DNA of 63,455 bases, filler included, from Octopus bimaculoides (GCF_001194135.2; 7 parts of 6 records of this genome joined end to end with filler, not necessarily neighbours in it), one strand, 5' to 3'. Shown: positions 14,496 to 28,086, counted from the first letter of the whole stretch. Made by a program: numbers and translations. The notes: generated by a model not told the origin, from the sequence alone.

Positions 14496-15560
14496 ACAAC
14501 ATCAGTAACAGCAGCAGCATTTTCACGTAGGTTTTGTAATATTAGTGGTAAAGAATATAATATAGTGAAATATGGTAAATGAATTATCCAAATTATAATG
14601 CATTAAAAATATCATTGGCAAATCTTTGTGTATGCATTCATCTTAATTCTGGATAAATATGATTGTTCGATGATTATGAAAAGGGTATTATCCAACCAGC
14701 AAATCTGTATTCTCTGCAATGATGATTTCATGCATTCAATCATTTTATATCTATCCATTCGAAACCAGAATATATGCGCTTAAATGTTCTTCAAAAACCC
14801 TTTATTGATGCGGAATTCTTCGAATTTTATAACAGGATGTAATATATGTTGTGGATGTTCTCCTTATTTACTGCACCTGTTTAAAGAAAAAATGCTTATT
14901 GCATAACCGCAGAAATTTGAAAGAAAAGTCACAGTAGAATAGGTACACAATATTACTTAAATGGAATGTATTATGACACCTCCACCACCGCAATGAAGAA
15001 AGACATTTAAACGCAATGAAATATCAATATGCAAACAATCTTTACTGGAAAAACCCACGGTGTGTTATTAACCGCTGCAGTCATTCTGTGGTGTAGCGCA
15101 TTCACGCTTAAAGATATAATATGTGCAATGAAGGTAAACGTTCAACGATTAAAAATGAAATACACAAGGAAACATTTCGAAATAGATTTTTCTTCGCGTT
15201 GTTAAGTGTGAGAATCAATTATTTAAAAATTCTAGATTAGCAACTAATAGATTTTGCAAGAAATAGTGAGAAATAGAAGCGAACAGAATAGAGATAAAGT
15301 TGAAGGAGGTGAAGGTGGTGGAAGATTGCTGATTGAAAACAAAGACAAAGAAATATTAAGACTAGCGTCATATTAATAGTGAAAAGGCTAAAACGCGGTA
15401 AGTTGTTATATATCTCAGTAGACGAGAAAGTGAAAACAACAAACACATTAGTGTGATAATCGAAACTTGAAAATCTGTTTGGGAAAATCATACAAATGTT
15501 CAGAAATGCACACACATGCTTCACAACTGCTTATATCTTCGGTGATAAGGATCTATATGT

Positions 15561-15909
15561 GGAGGCGCAATGGCCCGGTGGCTAGGGCTTCCAACTCGCA
15601 GTCGTAGGATCGCCGTTTAGATTCCCAGACCGGGCATTGTGAATATTTATTGAGCGAAAACAACTAAAGCACCACGAGGCTCCTGCAGGGGTTGGTGGCG
15701 AACCCTGTTGTACTCTTTCACCAGAAGTTTCTCTCACTCTTTCTTCCTGTTTCTGTTGCAGACTTGTCACGCTGAATCTCTTCGTGAACTACATTAATGG
15801 TACATGTGTCTGTGGAGTGCTCAGCCACTTGCACGTTTATTTTATGAGCAGGCTGTTCCGTTGATCGGATCAACTGGAACCCTCGTCATCGTAACCGACG
15901 GAGTGCCAC
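15561..15909 (+). mobile_element. tRNA-derived SINE family B, near full length
   Basis: Head ggaggcgcaatggcccggtggctaggg...gattcccagaccgggc; ends gtaaccgacggagtgccac. Same as 43033 and 48138. Confidence 0.9.
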
Positions 15910-16210
15910 GTATAATGATATGTATGGTCGAGATTGGATTTTACGATAGGGAAGTACGATTGTTTTACACGTCTAAAATGAATAGCTGGGAGATATTCCT
16001 TATGCTTCAGATCGTATTAGTTATCATTTCAAATACTTTAGATTCTATTAAAACCAGTGTTTTGATATCCTCGGATCTATTTCATACACTGGTGCCATTG
16101 GGGAACATAGTCCCTGCCAAATTTTCTGCTATGGAAACATACAAACTGAACCCTACACCATGGGGTTGGGAAGCAAGCTGCTTACCATTTATCCACGCCA
16201 GCGCCTATGT

Positions 16211-16241
<31 letters not shown>

Positions 16242-16407
16242 NNNNNNNNNNNNNNNNNNNNNNNNNNNNNNNNNNNNNNNNNNNNNNNNNNNNNNNNNNN
16301 NNNNNNNNNNNNNNNNNNNNNNNNNNNNNNNNNNNNNNNNNNNNNNNNNNNNNNNNNNNNNNNNNNNNNNNNNNNNATGGGAGAATATACAAATAATAAC
16401 AACAGAC

Positions 16408-16447
<40 letters not shown>

Positions 16448-16786
16448 ATTACAATATACGCATGTGTGTGTGTGTGGGTGTGGGTGAGTGTCGGTGCATG
16501 TGTATGTATGTATATATGTGTGTGCGTGGGTTTGTGCGTGGCTGTGTTGGGAATATAATAACATCATATACCCACAGGCCTGATAGCTGCCAAATAACTA
16601 TTCATGCAAGTCGCCACCAATCTAGAAAATGATTGTGATAAATTTCGTTTTGGAGTAATTGAATGGCGCAACGTCTTGCGATGTTTATCATCAGATTTGA
16701 CCTAATGAAATTGCTATTAAGGTGGACACTTTAGTGCAGTACTAATATTCCGGTTTGACTGTTAACTTATTTTGCTCTTCTTACAG

Positions 16787-16807
16787 GTTGGTACCATGAT
16801 TCTGTAT
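16787..16807 (+). other. Candidate microexon (17 or 21 nt)
   Basis: Strong acceptor ttaacttattttgctcttcttacag| followed by donors |gtatgt (after 16803) or |gtatga (after 16807). Confidence 0.2.
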
Positions 16808-17026
16808 GTATGAGACGAGTGTGTGTGTGTATGTGTGTGCGCGCTTATGTGTGTTTGTTTGAATCTCGGTAAGACTATGAATGCGTGGTTATTTCTATTT
16901 TAATTTGTGATAGGGACTGAGAGGCTTATTCTACTATTTGTCTTTTATTTATGTAGGTATTTTCCTCAGTCTTAATTTTATATTTCTTCTATACCATTTA
17001 CTTTATGCTTCATATATACATACACC

Positions 17027-17444
<418 letters not shown>

Positions 17445-18877
17445 TATAATGATAAATAGATACCTTTCATCTCTAGATTGTTTTAGTCCCACTGCTTTCA
17501 TGTGTTTTTGTGATAACTAATCAATTTTATCACATATGTCTCTTTTTCTTTATGTCTAGTATGTACTCCACCGTGCTTTTTGCCGAACCGATAATTGACA
17601 GATCGTAAACAAATCAAATACGGCAATCATGTGAGGCGATAGAGGGGGAGTGACAAACACAGCCATGCACACGCTCACAATCATTTATATGCATGTGTGT
17701 ACGTATGTATGTATGTATGTATGTATGTATGTATATATGTATGTATGTATATATGTATTATGTGATTCACGTGTGTGTATGTGCAGGCGCGTCTCATAAT
17801 AAGCAATGATCGCTTTCAGTATAGCGTAATTTTAAAAGACAATTTGAATTGTGAGAACGCTACATCGCTGTAGCGAATGGCCTTATTTTCCAACATTAAT
17901 TTTTCATCAGCCATCTTGCTCTGATATGGTCTTTAGACTGGATAAATTTTGAATACATTTCATAAAAAAGTTGATAATTCCATCCGAGAGATTGACAGCT
18001 CTATCTATTGATTAGAAACCCCACGGAGGTGAATGCCAAACCATTTACAAAAGTGTGTTTGTTTATATGCAATTGAGCATTTATGGATGTAAATTTATGC
18101 ATGGCATCTTCATAAGTAATTGATATTTTAACAATACAACGCAAATGTCAAATAACATCTCTATAGCAAAACAAATTATATGTTTGAAATGTCCATCACC
18201 ACACGAAGAATATTTCCGTCATTTTTCTGATTATTCTTACAAATTTTGACACTGAAAAAAATATATTTAGCATGAATTCAAAGAGTTAAGCGTATTATAT
18301 TACACATTATTTCCCGCAGAAGTACAAACTAATCTAGTACAGAATCATAGATTATTGCTAATCGCTACAAAACAGACACAAAATCAAAAACTTTTTTCCG
18401 GTTCAATGAAGTCGTTGACGAATACAGTAAAGTGTTTCAATAACATAACTATGCCGAACATGGAGAAACAATATTAGAAAAGCTGAAATGTATAAAAACC
18501 AAACTGTTCTCGGGATTACCCAATGCTATGATAAAAAAAAGAGTACTTGCGCTAGAATTGAAAGTTCCTTATCTGTCCCAACAGGGAAAAAAATTCTTAT
18601 CTAAACGAATTTTGTTAATTATCGAAGTAATGTAAGCCGAAAGAAAGATAAAGAATATATGGTGACTAAAAGAACAAATCTGTCTATAATAGAAACTTCA
18701 ACAAAGATTTAGAAATGATACGAAGAAATGTATAACAAAACTCAAGAGCATGTACATACATACATACATACATACATACATACATGCGTACATGTGTGTG
18801 TTTGTGGGTATCCATATATATATATATGAGTAGATATCTATCTATGTATCTATCACTCTCTCTCTCTNNNNNNNNNN

Positions 18878-18914
<37 letters not shown>

Positions 18915-19192
18915 GTATGTATATAAATATACATATATATTTCTCTTGATTATATATATATAACCCTCTAACGGAATAACCTTCCATTCAGGGTTATTGT
19001 TGAGCTATTCACCTAGCCAGTGTGTTGGTGTCATTCGAAAGCTAAACTATGCAATATATACGGTATATGTATGCAGTCAAAGAACTACTGATTCCAAAAC
19101 TATAAAGTTTTCTCTAATGGATACCGATATCTATGGTACACACAGAACAAAAAACAGAAGAGAAGAGTAAAAAACAAACCTACATTTAGTTA

Positions 19193-19254
19193 ATTGGATA
19201 CGACGTTTCACGGTTAAGGGCATGCATTCCCCCATTCCGGTCTTCAGTCACAAT
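19193..19254 (-). ncRNA. Minimal type-I hammerhead ribozyme motif (degenerate helix II base)
   Basis: Minus: attgtga-CTGAAGA-ccgg...ccgt-GAAA-cgtc-GTA-tccaat. Core nucleotides intact; helix I pairs with one bulge; 10.1-11.1 is a C-U mismatch. Confidence 0.55.
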
Positions 19255-20404
19255 ATTCTAATAAATTTGCCAATGTCTAACTAACTCACGTTAATTTTGA
19301 CCATGCGACATCAAGACCACGTGAGGCAGACACTAAGAAATTTATCGGCCAGTGAGTTTAAAATCTCTCACCCCAATGAATTTAATTCAGTGTGTGTCAT
19401 AAATAGTCCCGCATACAAAAAAGTCCCGTACGACTTGTTGCGGTTTAGCCATCCACCTTAGAGATATTACTAAAAATATAGATATATAGGGCAGGGAATC
19501 GTCAATTAGTAATAAAATTAATAATTAACAATTTTGCCGGGTAGCTCAGTATGAAAAAACCTTTATCGGTAAAACCATTTATAATCATAAATATATNNNN
19601 NNNNNNNNNNNNNNNNNNNNNNNNNNNNNNNNNNNNNNNNNNNNNNNNNNNNNNNNNNNNNNNNNNNNNNNNNNNNNNNNNNNNNNNNNNNNNNNNNNNN
19701 NNNNNNNNNNNNNNNNNNNNNNNNNNNNNNNNNNNNNNNNNNNNNNNNNNNNNNNNNNNNNNNNNNNNNNNNTATATATATATACATATATGTGTGTGTA
19801 TGTATATAGTCGCTGTGTCTCTAACTCATAGAACTTTCTTATTATCATAAATGAATAAAACAAATATACGTGCGTCTTGCATATATCCAAGACATATGCT
19901 CAACGTATTAAGGTGCATTGAAAGTGTGAAGTGTAAACATGGTGATAGAAATATAACTAAAAACAAAACAGAGAATTAAACGTAGAGAAGCGAAATCAAC
20001 TGCAGTATATTCTTCAATGTGAATATATAGTCAGCCTGTCAATCATCTCCGTATAATAATAACGAAAGATATAAACATTGGACGATTGTTTGGTTCGTTT
20101 CACCAGCCACGTTCTATATTGCGTAAAGAGGGAGAGGGGCTAGTTGAAGAGAGACTGATCGATATAAAAGTTATGAGTTACAGGATGAGTGCACATACTA
20201 GGCTTGGCGCCCGGTGGTGATTACACAGTGTATTAGTATCAAATATCAGAGATTACTATTAAACCTATCTTTCTGTTAACTGATTTATCTACTGGATACT
20301 TTTGTTAATTGGATCGAATTATATTCCTCCTCCCTTTCTAGACATTATTAACCACAGTAACTTTTATCGATGTATTTATCAACATTCTACTTCATCAGCT
20401 ACCT

Positions 20405-20520
20405 CCGTTTTAACACCGGCGTTTCGAAGAGCCATGCCTTTGAAACGCGGAGTAGTAGAACAGGGATAACTGACGAAAGGGTATACTCTTCATGTTGCAT
20501 GTCTCCTTTCTCTGTTTTCA
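20405..20520 (+). repeat. Dispersed repeat with 11-bp hairpin (gcgtttcgaag...ctttgaaacgc) and ctgacgaaaggg..gttgcatgtctc motif
   Basis: Second copy in reverse orientation at about 62760-62853. Confidence 0.55.
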
Positions 20521-21692
20521 CCTATATATGCATGTATGTATACATATAGATGTAGGTATGCACATATATGTATTATTCCATTGTTACGTATGTTTAAGCT
20601 ATCTCTCTCCGCTGACAGGATACTCAGCCTATGAAATTTGCACTGAACACGATGTTCCAATAGTTTTTATAGACTACAAACAGCTGTCGGAGACCATATA
20701 AACGTTTAATTACATAGCTAAATTAAATGTTCCAGTCAAGTTTTGCCAGTCTTTGCTTTTGCTCTTCTGCCCTAATCTATGCATACATACATACATACAT
20801 AAACATATATATGTATATATGTATATACATACATACATACATACATATATATATATATANNNNNNNNNNNNNNNNNNNNNNNNNNNNNNNNNNNNNNNNN
20901 NNNNNNNNNNNNNNNNNNNNNNNNNNNNNNNNNNNNNNNNNNNNNNNNNNNNNNNNNNNNNNNNNNNNNNNNNNNNNNNNNNNNNNNNNNNNNNNNNNNN
21001 NNNNNNNNNNNNNNNNNNNNNNNNNNNNNNNNNNNNNNNNNNNNNNNNNNNNNNNNNNNNNNNNNNNNNNNNNNNNNNNNNNNNNNNNNNNNNNNNNNNN
21101 NNNNNNNNNNNNNNNNNNNNNNNNNNNNNNNNNNNNNNNNNNNNNNNNNNNNNNNNNNNNNNNNNNNNNNNNNNNNNNNNNNNNNNNNNNNNNNNNNNNN
21201 NNNNNNNNNNNNNNNNNNNNNNNNNNNNNNNNNNNNNNNNNNNNNNNNNNNNNNNNNNNNNNNNNNNNNNNNNNNNNNNNNNNNNNNNNNNNNNNNNNNN
21301 NNNNNNNNNNNNNNNNNNNNNNNNNNNNNNNNNNNNNNNNNNNNNNNNNNNNNNNNNNNNNNNNNNNNNNNNNNNNNNNNNNNNNNNNNNNNNNNNNNNN
21401 NNNNNNNNNNNNNNNNNNNNNNNNNNNNNNNNNNNNNNNNNNNNNNNNNNNNNNNNNNNNNNNNNNNNNNNNNNNNNNNNNNNNNNNNNNNNNNNNNNNN
21501 NNNNNNNNNNNNNNNNNNNNNNNNNNNNNNNNNNNNNNNNNNNNNNNNNNNNNNNNNNNNNNNNNNNNNNNNNNNNNNNNNNNNNNNNNNNNNNNNNNNN
21601 NNNNNNNNNNNNNNNNNNNNNNNNNNNNNNNNNNNNNNNNNNNNNNNNNNNNNNNNNNNNNNNNNNNNNNNNNNNNNNNNNNNNNNNNNNNN

Positions 21693-21739
<47 letters not shown>

Positions 21740-22312
21740 TGAATGTGAGAGAGGATGCGTGTGCATATATAAGTGTAAGTATGTGTTGAATTCCATAACA
21801 TAAAATCGAAAGCAAAATTAATATTTTTTTAAATGTTTGAATATAGATTTATTTCGTTTCATTTTCTGATTATAAATATTTATCTTTTCAAAATTAGTAT
21901 TCGTGTCTTCATCTTGTATATGGGCAAGAAATTCGATAACATTTGAATCGTAATTTCTGAAAAAAATGTATGCCATATTTTCTGATACTACCCGTGATTT
22001 TAAAAATATACTTCTCAACTTAGGTTGTATTAACAAATTTCGGTAACGAGTACGATGTCATAGTCAACGACTTCTTTAATGAGAGTGATGCTGTTTATAC
22101 AGGCAGCATCAATTCAATTAGATGAGGAAAGGGTTAAGGAGGGGAATCAATGACGTTAATGAGAGCGTGGGGGTTGGATGGCTTATCGTGCGAACAACAT
22201 CCTAGTGTTAGATATGTTTGCACTGAAAAATTCGAGGGTGACCGAGATGCCATTAGAATTTATCACACTACAAAAACATCTATATCTATATCTATATCTA
22301 TCTATCTATCTA

Positions 22313-22351
<39 letters not shown>

Positions 22352-23170
22352 NNNNNNNNNNNNNNNNNNNNNNNNNNNNNNNNNNNNNNNNNNNNNNNNN
22401 NNNNNNNNNNNNNNNNNNNNNNNNNNNNNNNNNNNNNNNNNNNNNNNNNNNNNNNNNNNNNNNNNNNNNNNNNNNNNNNNNNNNNNNNNNNNNNNNNNNN
22501 NNNNNNNNNNNNNNNNNNNNNNNNNNNNNNNNNNNNNNNNNNNNNNNNNNNNNNNNNNNNNNNNNNNNNNNNNNNNNNNNNNNNNNNNNNNNNNNNNNNN
22601 NNNNNNNNNNNNNNNNNNNNNNNNNNNNNNNNNNNNNNNNNNNNNNNNNNNNNNNNNNNNNNNNNNNNNNNNNNNNNNNNNNNNNNNNNNNNNNNNNNNN
22701 NNNNNNNNNNNNNNNNNNNNNNNNNNNNNNNNNNNNNNNNNNNNNNNNNNNNNNNNNNNNNNNNNNNNNNNNNNNNNNNNNNNNNNNNNNNNNNNNNNNN
22801 NNNNNNNNNNNNNNNNNNNNNNNNNNNNNNNNNNNNNNNNNNNNNNNNNNNNNNNNNNNNNNNNNNNNNNNNNNNNNNNNNNNNNNNNNNNNNNNNNNNN
22901 NNNNNNNNNNNNNNNNNNNNNNNNNNNNNNNNNNNNNNNNNNNNNNNNNNNNNNNNNNNNNNNNNNNNNNNNNNNNNNNNNNNNNNNNNNNNNNNNNNNN
23001 NNNNNNNNNNNNNNNNNNNNNNNNNNNNNNNNNNNNNNNNNNNNNNNNNNNNNNNNNNNNNNNNNNNNNNNNNNNNNNNNNNNNNNNNNNNNNNNNNNNN
23101 NNNNNNNNNNNNNNNNNNNNNNNNNNNNNNNNNNNNNNNNNNNNNNNNNNNNNNNNNNNNNNNNNNNNNN

Positions 23171-23213
<43 letters not shown>

Positions 23214-23314
23214 ACACACATACATGTGTTATTTACACGTAATATAGGTATGTGTGTATTTATATGTACACAAATACACCTACATACGTATTTATGTGTA
23301 TGTATGTAATAATG

Positions 23315-23377
<63 letters not shown>

Positions 23378-24070
23378 GTAACAATTTGTGTGTATGTATG
23401 TATGTATGGGTCTTTAAAACATATATTTATTTATATTCTTATGCATACTTTCACTTTTCCACTTACTGAAATTAAAAGCATAACCATTTTACTATTTTCG
23501 TAATAGTATTTGCTTTGGAATCCTTACCTTTCCTTACATAATTTTACTAAGCAGTAGGCAACAGCATTTAGTGTACCAATGTCCATGGACTTGCATAAGA
23601 ATTTCTAAACGCTGTAGAGAAAATGCAATTTACATTGAAGCAAAACCTTATTCTTTCACATTCTCGCTATTTTTTAAAATCACTATTCAATCTTAAATAG
23701 CTGATACTCAATCATATATATCCGCTGGACATTAATGTCTTGAGACTGTTAGCGCCGCTTACCCGTTTTCCATGCCGCATAAGTGATCGAGATGACAACA
23801 CTCACCTTGAATGAGACGCTAATCCGACGGTGGGCTATTACTTCGCATCTTAGCAACTCACTGACACGTTTGTAAATGGAGATCTCGTTCTTTCGAACAT
23901 GATTCCAACAACTTAACCACTAGGTCACAGGCATTCATGACCTTCAAGAATTCATAATATTCCCTTCTTGTCTCACGCAACTCTATAAAAACTGGTGCAT
24001 TTGTGTTTTATAGAATGTTCATTCAGTAGATTCCACCAGTGACATTTTTCACACAATGTTTAATAATACT

Positions 24071-24245
24071 AAGGCGGCATGCTGGCAGAAACATTAGCAT
24101 ACCGGGTGGAATGCTGAGCGATATTTCGTCTGCCGTTATGGTTTGAGTTCAAATTCCGCCGAGGTTGACTTCGCCTTTCATAGTTTCGAGGTCGATAAAT
24201 TAAGTACCAGTTACGCACTGGTGTCGATGTACCAGTTACGCACTG
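24071..24245 (+). mobile_element. SINE family C, 3'-truncated
   Basis: aaggcggcatgctggcagaaacattagc...gagttcaaattccgccgaggttgacttcgcctttcat...aagtaccagttacgcactgg (last segment duplicated). Confidence 0.85.
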
Positions 24246-24346
24246 GACAAGTCGACATGCGCAAATATCGATTGTGGAGTATCTGTAAGTTGTCTGTCGG
24301 CCAATTGTCTGTCGGCCAACTGTTTGTCGACGAATTCTCCGTGTAC
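24245..24346. repeat. 15-bp periodic repeat (ttgtctgtcggccaa) x3-4, probable MITE remnant
   Basis: agttgtctgtcggccaattgtctgtcggccaactgtttgtcgacgaatt. Confidence 0.65.
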
Positions 24347-24482
24347 CGTCGTTGTAGCAGTAGTTGTTTTTAATGCACTAAACGTTAAATTCGGTTTCAA
24401 CATCCAGCTGTTATATATGAAAATTCGCTATCAACTGAAATTGTTTGTTATTCGTTACCCAATCCTACTGGCTAAGTTCCTT

Positions 24483-24896
24483 CTTTTACTCTTTTATTCG
24501 TTTACTTGTTTAAGTCATTACACTGTGGCCATGCTGGGGCACCGCCTTTAGTCGAGAAAATTTCCCCCAGGACTTATTCGTTGTAATCCTAGTACTTATT
24601 CTATCGGTCTCTTTTACCGAACCGCTAAGTTACGGGGACGTAAACACACCAGCATTGGTTGTCAAGCGATGTTGGGGGTGGACAAACACAGACACACAAA
24701 ATATACACACACATACGTACATATACCTATATATACTTACGACTGGCTTCTTTCAGTTTCCGTCTACCAAATCCACTCACAAGGCTTTAGTCGACCCGTG
24801 GCTATAGTAGAAGACACTTGCGCAAGTTCCACGCAGTGGGACTCAACCCGGAACTATGGGGTTCGTAAGCAAGCTACTTACCACAGAGCCACTCCT
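24483..24896 (-). mobile_element. SINE family A, near full length
   Basis: Reverse-complement head (ttaccacagagccactcct), body and tail. Confidence 0.9.
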
Positions 24897-25301
24897 CACC
24901 AACATCTTCATTGTAAAAATTATAAGGCGTATTAAATTCTAAGGCATATGAATGAAATGAAATCATGTGATGGTGCAAGGTGACGTTTCTTTATCTTCTA
25001 ATTGCAAATCTCCTTCGACTCTATATAGTCTTTTATCATAAAAATGACTAAAATTCATATGGACAAGGAAAGGCTGATATAGTTGAATCAACATTTAAAG
25101 CGGTGTTCTAAGTATGATTTTAGTACAATGAATATATGCACAAGAATAGCTAGACAATATAAAAGGTGGTCTTTACTCCTTTATCGCAAAGACAGGGCGA
25201 TAGGATCAATGTACGCACCATTATGCAGCATATATTCCTGTGGTTGCATAGACTGAAGAATTTATAAAATAAAACAATAGCTGTAGATACATTACCTTGC
25301 C

Positions 25302-25371
<70 letters not shown>

Positions 25372-25510
25372 NNNNNNNNNNNNNNNNNNNNNNNNNNNNN
25401 NNNNNNNNNNNNNNNNNNNNNNNNNNNNNNNNNNNNNNNNNNNNNNNNNNNNNNNNNNNNNNNNNNNNNNNNNNNNNNNNNNNNNNNNNNNNNNNNNTAT
25501 ATATATATAC

Positions 25511-25598
<88 letters not shown>

Positions 25599-26066
25599 GT
25601 AGATAGATAAATACTGAGAGAGATGTTTCACATAATATGTATATGTATGTGTATATGTGTGTGTGTGCGCGGAGTACATTTATAAAATGTATGCAAATTA
25701 TTTCCCCAGCTGCACTAAATTTTGACAGAAGCATTATTTGCAGGAAATTGAGTAAAATACCTAAAACGTGATGGATTTCAAACATTAACCCGACCATACT
25801 ACGACTGCTTCATAACATTAATTCATGTCTCGTATATGTACATGTTGTTCTTTCATGGTGTGCGAGTCTTTCCGCGCCTATATGTTTGTAAGTGGTAGCG
25901 TGTGAGTGTGTGTGTGTGTGTGTGTGGGTGTGATGGTATTATATATTTCTATTTATTGTTTTGTTTATTATCGCCATTTATTCTCTCATATATATTCATC
26001 AACGAAAAGGACTTATTGTATATACACACATACGCAGTACATACAAACTCAACATACATGTCTCTC

Positions 26067-26110
<44 letters not shown>

Positions 26111-26335
26111 CACACACACACACATATATATATATNNNNNNNNNNNNNNNNNNNNNNNNNNNNNNNNNNNNNNNNNNNNTTAATTAATTAANNNNNNNNN
26201 NNNNNNNNNNNNNNNNNNNNNNNNNNNNNNNNNNNTATATATGCATACATATATTGACATATCTATTTATTCTTTTCCTACATCTGGGAATACCATTCAG
26301 TATATAGATTTTAGAATTAATATTATTCTAACTAC

Positions 26336-26511
26336 AAGGCACCGAGCTGGCAGAAACGTTAACACGCCGGGCGAAATGCTTAGTGGTTTTTCGTCTGCCG
26401 TTACGTTCTGAGTCCGAATTCCCCAGAGGTCGACTTTGCCTTTCATCCTTTCGGGTCGGTAAATTAAGTACCAGTTACGCACTGGGGTCGATGTAATCGA
26501 CTTAATCCCTT
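26336..26511 (+). mobile_element. SINE family C
   Basis: aaggcaccgagctggcagaaacgttaacacgccgggcgaaatgcttag...gaggtcgactttgcctttcatcctttcgggtcggtaaattaagtaccag... Confidence 0.9.
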
Positions 26512-26784
26512 ACTATTTTTTTAATACGTGTGTGTTGTGCACGCGCGTGTGTTTATGTGTTTGTGTGTGTGTGTGCGTGTGTGTGCGTGTGTTTACGTGT
26601 GCACCGACAGCAAATTATGGACCTTCATGTCCATCAGATCACTTTAAGCAACCATCCGGAAACATGTGATCAGAAAAAGTTGATAATATTCCCATTCTAA
26701 AAACTACACAACTCAAGTCGAGAGAAAAGTCTGAGAAAAGAATTTTATTGATAAATTCAAACCCGTTTTAAATGGACAATAATG

Positions 26785-26844
<60 letters not shown>

Positions 26845-27249
26845 GTAATAATAATAACAATTATAATAGCGGTGATAATTGTAATGATGATAGTAAGGAT
26901 AATGATAAGTACTGCTGCTATTACTACTACTACCACCGCCGCCATTAACAGCAACAATAATAAAGGTGATGATGAGAGTGGTAGTAGTGTTAACCCTACC
27001 AACATTGATTTGATTGAAATGTAAAATTTCTGGAGAACTAACAGTAGAATTCAATGAAAACAGGAATGGAAAAAACTTTCTCCCGTCTCCCCACCCCATT
27101 TCTCGCAAATTATTGTTTTTTAAAAATTGTTTGCCAAAAACCCACCTTTTCAGATACGGAGATTCCGTAAAATTGCCAAAAATTGAAATTTTGAAATTTC
27201 TTGCCCCCTCTACTCCTTCCCTCCATTTCTACATTTTTTACTTTTTCCG

Positions 27250-27383
27250 TAACCCTAACCCTAAAACCCCAACCATAACCTTAAAATCCTAACTCCTTAA
27301 CCCTAACCCTAACCCTAAAACCCTAACGCTAACCCTAAAAACCTAACTATAACCCTAAAACTCTAACCCTAACCCTAACCTAA
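27250..27383. repeat. Degenerate interstitial telomere-like (CCCTAA)n tract inside a probable non-autonomous element (about 27150-27475)
   Basis: taaccctaaccctaaaacccc...aaccctaaccctaacctaa; flanks show imperfect inverted similarity. Confidence 0.8.
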
Positions 27384-27612
27384 GTAGAAAAAGTTTTGGA
27401 TTTTTTTTGGTGTGGGGGGGTTTATTTCAAAATGCCGATTTTTGCCAATTCTTTTGCAGATTCGTATACTCTGTAGCCAAAGTTGTGTAGAAAAAAAAAA
27501 CTAAATTAAAAAAGTGGTGTTTTTTGGAGGTGGAGGATACAAAAGGAAATCTTGCCCAGGAATTTTTTTACAACATTCCAAAATATAACGCAACAATTAT
27601 TCCTTGACGTGC

Positions 27613-27880
27613 CCACCAAACCGTGACGACTAAGCTGCACACCAATTAACTGAAATACCTCTTTGAAAAAAGTGAGATAAATGCTAACCAAGTTGCCGCA
27701 TTAACCAAACCTTGATACGTAACCAACATACTTGTTGGTTGAAGTACAGTTAGAACTTAGTTAGTACGACCACCAAACCGTGACATCTAAGCCACATACT
27801 GATTGGTCAAAATACAGTTCGTACGATTCAGACTGATGGAAAAATCTAACCAATCCACTGCATTTGTCAATCGTGGAACG
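27613..27880. repeat. Old tandem duplication, period 157 bp
   Basis: ccaccaaaccgtgacgactaagc at 27613 and ccaccaaaccgtgacatctaagc at 27770. Confidence 0.7.
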
Positions 27881-28033
27881 CGACTGTCACTGCATAAACC
27901 TGATGATTGCGTAACGCACAAAAGTACTAATTTATTTCAATATTGTAACAATTGTAAACATTGTAAATAATAAAAAGTAAAAATCAGACTATGCTAGAAT
28001 TTCATTAATATATTATTTTATACACAAACATAC

Positions 28034-28086
28034 AACCTTGGATTCGAATTTCTTCCTTGTTTTTGTTTCCCAGTATTTTAAAGAAC
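28034..28086 (-). CDS. Candidate 53-nt exon (phase 1 to 0; xSLKYWETKTRKKFESKV)
   Basis: Acceptor ggcttccacag|, donor |gtatgt, open frame. Confidence 0.2.

Noticed and set aside
15237-15330. Minus-strand NLPPPSPPSTLSLFCSLLFLTISCKIY* resembling a GPI-anchor tail exon
   Set aside because: Derives from purine/pyrimidine-skewed low-complexity sequence; no linked exons.
15561-15635. tRNA-like sequences (also 48138, 43033, 54511) as tRNA genes
   Set aside because: They continue into SINE or PLE bodies and lack a complete cloverleaf and acceptor stem.
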